From: Labilibaculum sp. K2S
GTDB lineage: Bacteria; Bacteroidota; Bacteroidia; Bacteroidales; Marinifilaceae
Reading direction: 5' to 3'
NCBI RefSeq assembly: GCF_030372765.1
Contig: NZ_JAUCMW010000014.1
Coordinates: forward strand, 103,163-127,162
Length of the DNA stretch: 24,000 nucleotides
Position numbers and translations under genes: made by a program. Of the stretch, positions 1 to 7,208 are shown in pieces. Every line of letters begins with the position of its first letter. Within the stretch, counting starts at the first letter, position 1. The notes under the pieces were generated by a model. It worked only from the letters and a program-made list of their open reading frames with translations, was not told the DNA's origin and did not search any database.

Positions 1-1
1 A

Positions 2-148
2 AGACATATGGCAGGCATGTTTAAAGGCTTGGTGAATTTTAAGCCAACCCGGATTGATATGCTTAGAGCCAATCATTATGCCGATTTAATGCCGATATTG
101 GATCGGATTTCGATGGAATGGGGCAACCTCCAGATAGATGATGAATAA
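2..148 (+). CDS. 3' end of an unidentified protein-coding gene (partial, start left of window)
   Basis: Open frame from the window edge to TAA at 146-148. It translates to ...MFKGLVNFKPTRIDMLRANHYADLMPILDRISMEWGNLQIDDE*. No family recognised. Confidence 0.5.
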   Translation, partial: RHMAGMFKGLVNFKPTRIDMLRANHYADLMPILDRISMEWGNLQIDDE

Positions 149-300
149 AAAGAGGGTGTCCGAAAAGTTCAATTTTATTGTCATTCTGAGCTTGCCGAAG
201 AATCTTTATGTTTGAATAATAGATGTTTCGTCCCGATAGCCATCGGGATCGCTCAACATGACATTTCCAAGGGAAACTTTACTTTTCGGACACCCTCTTT
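149..300. repeat. 152-bp nested palindromic intergenic element that exactly fills the gap between two convergent genes
   Basis: Perfect 20-bp terminal inverted repeat: aaagagggtgtccgaaaagt at 149-168 and its reverse complement at 281-300. Inner inverted pair gtcattctgagc / gctcaacatgac, plus the small palindrome cccgatagccatcggg. Confidence 0.7.
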
Positions 301-301
301 G

Positions 302-949
302 TTATTTAATAATTTTGGGAAGTTCTTTCACGAAATAGTCAGGATTGAAAATTTCATAACTTTCAGTTCGCCTGCTCCAGTACATCTCCACTTTTTCGAG
401 ATATGCATTCTGTAATTTCCGAATCTGATCTTCATTCAATTCAAGTTCCGCCGTGAAGGTGGTGAATTTGTATTTCGGATATTCTTTCGGTTCAAAATCT
501 TCAGCATACTGTAGTTCAATACTCTCTCCGTTCGAAAGGCTAAACTGCATTTTCGATTTTTTGGTGATGAATCCGAAAAAGCGAAACCCTTCTGCATCCA
601 TAATTTTCCAATTGGTTTTTAGTATTACTTTTCCCTCTTTAGAGATGATCTGAAAATCAGCTTTGACCTGATTATTGGTATCCGAGAATTTATTTAATTT
701 TTCGCTAATGCCTTTAATAACAGTCTGAGATTCCAATTCAGCATCAATGATTGTTACAGGCTTGGCAATTTCTTCTTCAGATTTGATTGGAACAACAGGT
801 TTTTCTACCTTCTTAATTTCCTCGTATTTCCAGGTTCCGTTATCAAATAGCAAAACAACTTTCCCTTCGGGTGTTCTTAGTTTTAGCTGTGCATTTATCT
901 GGCTGATTGTACCTAAAAATAGAATGGCCAGAATTAGAATATTTTTCAT
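302..949 (-). CDS. secreted protein of unknown function (tandem paralog A)
   Basis: 215-aa ORF. N-terminal signal peptide MKNILILAILFLGTISQINAQ. Shares the GKVVLLFDNGTWKY motif and a roughly 130-aa C-terminal domain with the adjacent ORF. Confidence 0.75.
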   Translation of the reverse strand: MKNILILAILFLGTISQINAQLKLRTPEGKVVLLFDNGTWKYEEIKKVEKPVVPIKSEEEIAKPVTIIDAELESQTVIKGISEKLNKFSDTNNQVKADFQIISKEGKVILKTNWKIMDAEGFRFFGFITKKSKMQFSLSNGESIELQYAEDFEPKEYPKYKFTTFTAELELNEDQIRKLQNAYLEKVEMYWSRRTESYEIFNPDYFVKELPKIIK

Positions 950-958
950 ACAATTGAT

Positions 959-1633
959 TTATTCTGTGATTTTCGGGATTGCTTTAATGAAATAAGAAGG
1001 ATTCACAACCTGATATTCTTCAGCTCTGCGGCTCCAATTCATTGTCGCTTTCATTACAATCTTGTTTTGAAGTAATTTAAGCTGATCTTCAGTTAAATCG
1101 AGTTGGGCAGAATAAGTAGAAAATCCATATTGACTAAATTCCTTAGGCTCAAATTCATTCTTGTAAACCAAATCAACAATTTGTCCTCCAAGTAATTCCA
1201 AGCTTAGTTTGCTGTCTTTTTTAATAAAGCCAAAGTACGAATAGGCTTCGCCAGTCATAATTTTCCATTCGGTAGTAAGGGTCGCTTTTCCTTCTTTCGA
1301 GCTGAGAATAAAATCGCATCGGACAATATTTTTATCCTTGAAATATTTTAGAAGCTTTGCGCTTGGACCTTCAATAAAAGTGATTTTTTCAACATCAGCT
1401 TCTTTTAGTACAAGAGGTTCATTTGAAATTCTTGTTTCCTCAATTGCAGTTTGTACTGTATTTTCGGTTTGCTGAGCTGGGTTTTCTCCTGAAACACTTA
1501 CATCAGCATACTTCCATGTGCCGTTTTCATAAAGAATCACAACTTTTCCTTTCGAAGTAAGTGCGGTTTCCTGCGCGTTACCCAGTAAGGAAAAACCAAA
1601 TGCTAAAAAGCAAATAACAATAATCTTTCTCAT
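959..1633 (-). CDS. secreted protein of unknown function (tandem paralog B)
   Basis: 224-aa ORF. Signal peptide MRKIIVICFLAFGFSLLGNAQ. GKVVILYENGTWKY motif. C-terminal domain aligns with 302-949 (EFEPKE..., WSRR..., NP.YF.K..PKI). Confidence 0.75.
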   Translation of the reverse strand: MRKIIVICFLAFGFSLLGNAQETALTSKGKVVILYENGTWKYADVSVSGENPAQQTENTVQTAIEETRISNEPLVLKEADVEKITFIEGPSAKLLKYFKDKNIVRCDFILSSKEGKATLTTEWKIMTGEAYSYFGFIKKDSKLSLELLGGQIVDLVYKNEFEPKEFSQYGFSTYSAQLDLTEDQLKLLQNKIVMKATMNWSRRAEEYQVVNPSYFIKAIPKITE

Positions 1634-1729
1634 TTTAATTTTATTAAAAAGTTCTTATTGAAATGGACAATTTGTCCACTCAGAAAATTAAACGGTATAG
1701 TGGGTAGTTTGGTATCCTGACAATCCAAA

Positions 1730-2947
1730 TTAATTGAATTGCAGGAAACGTTTGGTGATGTAACGAACCGGATAGCGCGAAGCAGCATAGCCAATTGAAA
1801 CAACAGTTGTAAAGATGATAAAAATATCGGTAAAATGAATATCAACGGGATAGGAATCCATTATAAAAGCTCCGTTTCCTGATAGAGTAATCAAGCCAAA
1901 TTTTATCTGTAAAAAGCAGATGAAAAGACCTAATCCTACACCAATAGCTGCACCTAACAGAGAGATCAGCCAACCTTCAAGCAGAAATATTTTTTGAATT
2001 GTTTTTTCTTCAGCCCCCATGCTTCTTAGCGTGGCAATGTCGTGTTTTTTATCCAAAATAAGCATGGTTAACGAACCAATTACATTGAAGGATGCAATGA
2101 CAAGAATGAAACCTAAAATAAAGAAAATGGCCATTTTTTCCGATTGCATCATTTTAAATAGAACATCGTGCAGTTCGAATCGGTTTTTCACCTGAAAGTC
2201 ATCGCCTAAAAGGGCTTGAATTTGTTTCTTTACATTTTCTACTTCATCCTGATTTTTAATGGAGAGCTCAATACTACTCACCTCATTCGTGTAGTCGAAT
2301 AATTTTCTGGCAAAATTCAGAGGAACCAATACATATTGAGAATCAAAATCTTGTTGAATGGTAAAATATCCCGAAGGATACAGATACTCAGTTGAAAATG
2401 CATCCATTGGGTTCAGTCCCAATTTTGCATTGCGTTTGGGCACATAAAACTTAATGTAATTGGTAAAGGTGAGACCAACACCAAGATCCAGGGCAACACC
2501 GTAGCCAAGTACTGCGAACTGGTGTTTTCCACTATTTAGCAGAAATTTTCCCTCAACCATCATGGTGTCAATACCTGTCATTAAGGTAAACTCCTCATCT
2601 ACACCTTTTATGATTGCGGGTCGTTGTTTGTTTCCGTATTTAAGAAGGGCATTTTCTTCCAGAACTTCGGAGTAGAAAACCACATTTTCCATTTTCCTGA
2701 TTTGCTCAAAAGTAGAATCAGGGACAAAGGTTTTGCCTGTACTTGGAAGAATTTTTAAATCAGGATCGAAGCTGCCAAAAAGGTCACGAATCAATCCATC
2801 AAAGCCATTAAATACCGAAAGAACAATTACCAGAGCCATAGTTCCAATTGCAACACCAATAACCGATATCATCGAAATGACATTGATTACATTCTGTTTC
2901 TTTTTCGAAAACAGATAACGCCTGGCAATATGGAAGGGAAGGTTCAA
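1730..2947 (-). CDS. FtsX/LolC/LolE-family ABC transporter permease
   Basis: 405 aa. The N-terminus ...HIARRYLFSKKKQNVINVISMISVIGVAIGTMALVIVLSVFNGF is typical of LolC/E-like permeases, with a large periplasmic loop and a C-terminal FtsX 3-TM bundle. Apparent TTG start, with an in-frame stop 6 codons upstream. Lies downstream of rbfA. Confidence 0.85.
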   Translation of the reverse strand: MNLPFHIARRYLFSKKKQNVINVISMISVIGVAIGTMALVIVLSVFNGFDGLIRDLFGSFDPDLKILPSTGKTFVPDSTFEQIRKMENVVFYSEVLEENALLKYGNKQRPAIIKGVDEEFTLMTGIDTMMVEGKFLLNSGKHQFAVLGYGVALDLGVGLTFTNYIKFYVPKRNAKLGLNPMDAFSTEYLYPSGYFTIQQDFDSQYVLVPLNFARKLFDYTNEVSSIELSIKNQDEVENVKKQIQALLGDDFQVKNRFELHDVLFKMMQSEKMAIFFILGFILVIASFNVIGSLTMLILDKKHDIATLRSMGAEEKTIQKIFLLEGWLISLLGAAIGVGLGLFICFLQIKFGLITLSGNGAFIMDSYPVDIHFTDIFIIFTTVVSIGYAASRYPVRYITKRFLQFN

Positions 2948-2993
2948 GTAATTTACATTGACTTAAGAGAAGTTCTGCTGTTTGTGAGCTGTA

Positions 2994-3329
2994 TTATGAA
3001 AGCAAGTTGCTTATGTTTTCGATATAATCTAACGAATCGTCAACAAAAAATGCCAGTTCAGGAACTATTCTAAGTTGTTTCCCAACCTTATTTCCAAGAA
3101 TTCTGCGAACATTCTTTGTGTTCATCTTAATTAATTTCATCGTCTCTTCAGTTTCACTCGAAGGGAAAATGCTAAGATATACTTTTGCAAGCCCTAAATC
3201 CGGACTTATTCGAACAGTAGTAACCGAAATCATTTTACCACCAAAAAGATTTCTCGATTCCATCTGAAATATCTCACTTAAATCCTTTAGCAGCAATCTT
3301 GAAACTTTGCTTTGTCTTGTAGTTTCCAT
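2994..3329 (-). CDS. rbfA: ribosome-binding factor A
   Basis: 111 aa. The N-terminus RQSKVSRLLLKDLSEIF and the overall length and pattern are typical of RbfA. Confidence 0.85.
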   Translation of the reverse strand: METTRQSKVSRLLLKDLSEIFQMESRNLFGGKMISVTTVRISPDLGLAKVYLSIFPSSETEETMKLIKMNTKNVRRILGNKVGKQLRIVPELAFFVDDSLDYIENISNLLS

Positions 3330-3481
3330 AAATAATTTTCTATTTTTTTTACAAAGATAGAATAAAAGTCTGTAAGAGTGGAAAAGTAGTAAAAGTCTTG
3401 AAAAGTAAAATGTGGATGGAATTAAATTAGTGCACTTTCCTTTCTTATTAATTCATCAGTCTTAATTTATAATTGAATAGC

Positions 3482-3489
3482 TACCTTTG
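3482..3489 (+). promoter_or_regulatory. candidate Bacteroidota -7 box (TAnnTTTG)
   Basis: tacctttg matches TAnnTTTG just upstream of the ATG at 3496. Motif match only. Confidence 0.3.
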
Positions 3490-3495
3490 CGCCTT

Positions 3496-3942
3496 ATGGC
3501 TGATTTGTTTGAATATGGATATTGGGGATTGTTTGTGGCAAGCTTTTTAGCGGCTACCATATTGCCGTTTAGTTCCGAAGCCATTTTAAGCCTTTTTGTC
3601 TATTCTGGTTACGATATATCTGTAACCATTGCTGTTGCCAGCCTTGGGAATTGGCTGGGAGGGATGTTAACCTACTATTTAGGTTATTTGGGAAAGTGGG
3701 AGTGGATCGAAAAATTTCTTCGCATAAAGCAGGCTAAAACCGAAAAAACAATATTATTTCTTCAGAACAAAGGAAGTGCACTGGCCTTTTTTGCTTTTCT
3801 GCCTGTTGTTGGAGACATTATTCCTTTGGGATTGGGCTTATTGAGAAGTAAGCCTGTTTGGGTAGCTCTTTTTATGGCGGCAGGAAAATTGTGCCGGTAT
3901 ATTGTTTGGGCGTGGATTACACTGCAAATAATTAATGCATAA
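3496..3942 (+). CDS. YqaA-like (DedA superfamily) small membrane protein
   Basis: Multi-TM ORF. The N-terminus MADLFEYGYWGLFVASFLAATILPFSSEA resembles the YqaA/DedA pattern. I prefer the ATG at 3496 to the TTG at 3487 in the ORF track, because the TTG overlaps the -7 box. Confidence 0.7.
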   Translation: MADLFEYGYWGLFVASFLAATILPFSSEAILSLFVYSGYDISVTIAVASLGNWLGGMLTYYLGYLGKWEWIEKFLRIKQAKTEKTILFLQNKGSALAFFAFLPVVGDIIPLGLGLLRSKPVWVALFMAAGKLCRYIVWAWITLQIINA

Positions 3943-4095
3943 GCAAGACAAATAGGAATAAATCTTTTTCATATTAGCAGATTACCGCTATTTCAGGCCC
4001 TCAATATTTTTTTTGTTCGATTCGTTTCATAATTTTGGGGGATAATTTTTTAAAGTATAAACGGCTCAATGTAAGAGCCATTAATAAATCAGATC

Positions 4096-5085
4096 ATGGA
4101 TACAGTAGTTAGTGGAATTCGATCTACAGGAAATTTACACCTGGGGAACTATTTCGGAGCGATAAAGAATTTTGTGCAAATGCAGAACGATAACAATTGC
4201 TTTTTCTTTATAGCTGACTGGCATTCCTTGACTACACATCCGACTCCTGCTGATCTTCACGCAAATGTGAGAAGTGTTTTGGCCGAATATTTAGCATGCG
4301 GAATCGATCCTGAAAAGGCAACTATTTACGTTCAGAGTGATATTCCTGAAATTCCTGAACTGTATTTGTTGATGAACATGAATGCATATCTGGGAGAATT
4401 GGAACGAACTACTTCTTTTAAAGATAAAGCACGTAAAAGCCCTGAGAATGTGAATGCCGGTTTGTTAACCTATCCGGTTTTAATGGCGGCAGATATTTTA
4501 ATTCACAAAGCGCAAAGAGTGCCGGTGGGGAAAGATCAGGAGCAGAATTTGGAAATGGCCCGTAAATTTGCAAAAAGATTTAACAATACATACGGCGAAG
4601 AAACTTTCCCAATTCCTCAGCCTTATTCGTTCACCGGAGAATTTGTGAAAATTCCTGGATTGGATGGATCCGGGAAAATGGGTAAATCGGAAGGAAATGC
4701 AATTGGCTTGGTCGAAGATCCAAAAGAGATTCGTAAAAAGGTAATGAAAGCAGTTTCGGACAGTGGTCCAACGGCTATGAATCAGGAAAAACCGGAAGCA
4801 ATTCAAAACTTATTTACCCTAATGGATGTGGTTTCGACCAAAGATACTTGCGATTTTTTTAACGATAAGTATAACAACTGTGAGATTCGTTACGGCGATT
4901 TAAAAAAGCAGTTGGCCGAAGATATCATCAACTTTACAGCGCCCATAAGAGAGCGTTTTCTTGATATCTCTCAGGATGATGCTTACTTAAGGAAAGTAAC
5001 TCAGCAAGGAGCAGAGAAAGCCCGCGAAAGCGCAGCTAAAACCCTTGAAGAGGTTCGCAGATTAATAGGTTTTCGTAAATTCTAA
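4096..5085 (+). CDS. trpS: tryptophan--tRNA ligase
   Basis: 329 aa. HIGH-type motif (TGNLHLGNYFGA) and KMSKS-type motif (KMGKSEGN). Class I TrpRS length and pattern. Confidence 0.95.
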   Translation: MDTVVSGIRSTGNLHLGNYFGAIKNFVQMQNDNNCFFFIADWHSLTTHPTPADLHANVRSVLAEYLACGIDPEKATIYVQSDIPEIPELYLLMNMNAYLGELERTTSFKDKARKSPENVNAGLLTYPVLMAADILIHKAQRVPVGKDQEQNLEMARKFAKRFNNTYGEETFPIPQPYSFTGEFVKIPGLDGSGKMGKSEGNAIGLVEDPKEIRKKVMKAVSDSGPTAMNQEKPEAIQNLFTLMDVVSTKDTCDFFNDKYNNCEIRYGDLKKQLAEDIINFTAPIRERFLDISQDDAYLRKVTQQGAEKARESAAKTLEEVRRLIGFRKF

Positions 5086-5110
5086 AAAGTACGATTATAC
5101 AGATATAAAA

Positions 5111-5144
5111 AATGCCATTCCGTAAGGAGTGGCATTTCTTTTTC
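5111..5144 (+). terminator. rho-independent terminator of trpS
   Basis: 11-bp stem aatgccattcc / ggagtggcatt (one G-U pair), loop gtaa, followed by tctttttc. Confidence 0.7.
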
Positions 5145-5145
5145 A

Positions 5146-5255
5146 GGGCGTTTCCCTTCGGGGCGGGCTTTCCGTTTTTACTCCTCGCTAATTTTATTGC
5201 TTCGCAAACAAAAAGCTGTGGGGTATCACTTCTCCCGATAGCTATCCCTTAGGTT
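5146..5255. repeat. degenerate GC-rich intergenic repeat-like segment
   Basis: The sequence gggcgtttcccttcggggcgggctttccg...ctcccgatagctatccc stands out from AT-rich surroundings. It shares the 10-mer tcccgatagc (5233-5242) with the palindromic element at 231-240. Confidence 0.3.
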
Positions 5256-5291
5256 TGCATAGCCAAGGTAACTGTTATATACATCTGTATC

Positions 5292-5849
5292 CTAGTTTTT
5301 ACCACCACCAAGGTGGAATCCCAGCTTAATAGATGTGTGGTTGAAATCGTTAAAACGTTCGTTTTGGTTAAAAATCATGTTGTACTGCAGAGTCAAATCC
5401 AAATGCCCAAAACTGACACCAATTTTTGGAGCAATTCCAAACTTCGAACCCAGCTCAATTTCCGTAGTATTGTTCATTATTGTTTTGCTAATGGATCCTA
5501 ACTCATAAATTCCAATGTCTACACCAGCAAAAGGGCGTAAATTACTGGTACTTACGTAGTAATCTATAGTTGATGCATAGCAGCTTATTGCTGATACATC
5601 CCGAAAATCGTCATCGGCAGCACCTATCGCAGTACGTTCATATTTTACACCTAACAGCAGGTTGTCATCCATGTGAAATTTTGAATTTACATAAAACCCG
5701 ATACCAGCATCAAGTTCATTGCCACTGGGATTTGCAAAAGTTGCTCCCATATCAATACGAAAAGATCTAAAAGAGCCATAGCCATATTGTGCCTGTGCTA
5801 TTCCAATAAACAGGGTGCAAATGATTATAAGACCAAGTGTTTTTTTCAT
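5292..5849 (-). CDS. outer-membrane beta-barrel protein (porin-like, small)
   Basis: 185 aa. Signal peptide MKKTLGLIIICTLFIGIAQAQ. Alternating hydrophobic beta-strand pattern with aromatic-rich strand ends. The C-terminus is ...IKLGFHLGGGKN rather than the classic terminal Phe. Confidence 0.7.
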   Translation of the reverse strand: MKKTLGLIIICTLFIGIAQAQYGYGSFRSFRIDMGATFANPSGNELDAGIGFYVNSKFHMDDNLLLGVKYERTAIGAADDDFRDVSAISCYASTIDYYVSTSNLRPFAGVDIGIYELGSISKTIMNNTTEIELGSKFGIAPKIGVSFGHLDLTLQYNMIFNQNERFNDFNHTSIKLGFHLGGGKN

Positions 5850-6403
5850 AAGTAATAAGTTAATTAGCTATTTTGTTATTTTTAATAAGTGGAAAATTGT
5901 TTTGCCTTCTATTGATAATGGATATGCAGGTTGTTTTAATTTTATTGTACTGCATGAGTTCCGTGTTACGGGATATTTAAAAATAGGTTTATAATAAAAG
6001 CTTAATTTTTATGTGAAATATATCACAAGTTTAATTCTCCGGCACTGAGTAGGCGTAATTATTTATGGTTATTAGATTATTGTTTTTCAGAGAGTGTGAT
6101 TTCTATGCGTTTACATATGCCTAAAATTTTTTAGTCTCCGTTCGCCTTTTAAATACGGACATCGTGCGAAATTTTAGATTTTTGATAATTTTGATTGATA
6201 TTGGCAGAATAGCAAATATAAATAGGAGGTTTAGTGCCAAACTAAAACAGGGCTGGAATTTAGTTGATCAACGAAGTTGTATTTCTTAAAAAAGAATGAA
6301 ATAACTTAGAATTTAGTTCTGTTTTAGCGATTCAAGATAATAAAGCTTAATTTTGCTTCATTAAACAGTAGGTAGAATTTTTGGGTTACTAGATGCAATC
6401 AAG

Positions 6404-6411
6404 TAGTTTTG
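6404..6411 (+). promoter_or_regulatory. candidate -7 box (TAnnTTTG)
   Basis: tagttttg lies about 45 nt upstream of the ATG at 6456. Motif match only. Confidence 0.3.
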
Positions 6412-6455
6412 CCTAACTTAATGTATGTAATTACAATCAAACTTCGATTTTTAAA

Positions 6456-7208
6456 ATGAATATATTAATATTTCCAATCAGATTCTTATACAAACTATAT
6501 TTCTTTCTTTATTTTGTAATAACATTATTGCTTTTTTATCCGGTATTTAAGTATTTGTTATCCAAAAAAGAACGTTTCCCAAAGGCTTTTAAGGTAATAA
6601 AAGTATATGCAAAGGTCTGGCTTTACGGATCAGGAATATTTCTTCGGGTGAAGGGAAGAGAGAATATAATTACCGATCAACCTTTTTTAATCTGCTCCAA
6701 TCACAGCTCTTTTATCGATCCTGCAACATTGTATATTATTTTCGATCAGTACTTTGTGTTTACAGGTAAAAAAGAGATTGAAAAATGGCCTTTGTTTCAC
6801 ATCTTTTATACTTCCGGGATGAATATTTTGGTAGACAGACACAATCGTTTGGGGGCGCTTAAAAGTTTCAAGAAAATGATGGATGTAATTGCAGAGGGCT
6901 ATCCATTGGTAATTTTGCCTGAAGGAACGATTCCTCAAAATGCTCCTAATTTGGGAGAATTTAAACCTGGGGCTGTATCCATCGCCATTCAAACGGGGAT
7001 TCCGATATTGCCAATTACGCAAACCACCAATTGGAAAAGATTACAGCGGGGAACTATGTTTAAAGGCAATGCGAGTCCTGGTATTGCCGAGGTAATTATT
7101 CATCCGCTAATTCCAACTACAGGATTGACCAAACAAGATGCGGAAGCATTATCGGAAAAACTTCGGAACGTAATTAATGAACCATTGCAGGAAAAATACG
7201 GTATTTAG
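6456..7208 (+). CDS. lysophospholipid (1-acyl-sn-glycerol-3-phosphate) acyltransferase family protein
   Basis: 250 aa. N-terminal TM segment. HX4D acyltransferase motif (NHSSFIDP) and PEGT motif (ILPEGTI). Confidence 0.85.
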   Translation: MNILIFPIRFLYKLYFFLYFVITLLLFYPVFKYLLSKKERFPKAFKVIKVYAKVWLYGSGIFLRVKGRENIITDQPFLICSNHSSFIDPATLYIIFDQYFVFTGKKEIEKWPLFHIFYTSGMNILVDRHNRLGALKSFKKMMDVIAEGYPLVILPEGTIPQNAPNLGEFKPGAVSIAIQTGIPILPITQTTNWKRLQRGTMFKGNASPGIAEVIIHPLIPTTGLTKQDAEALSEKLRNVINEPLQEKYGI

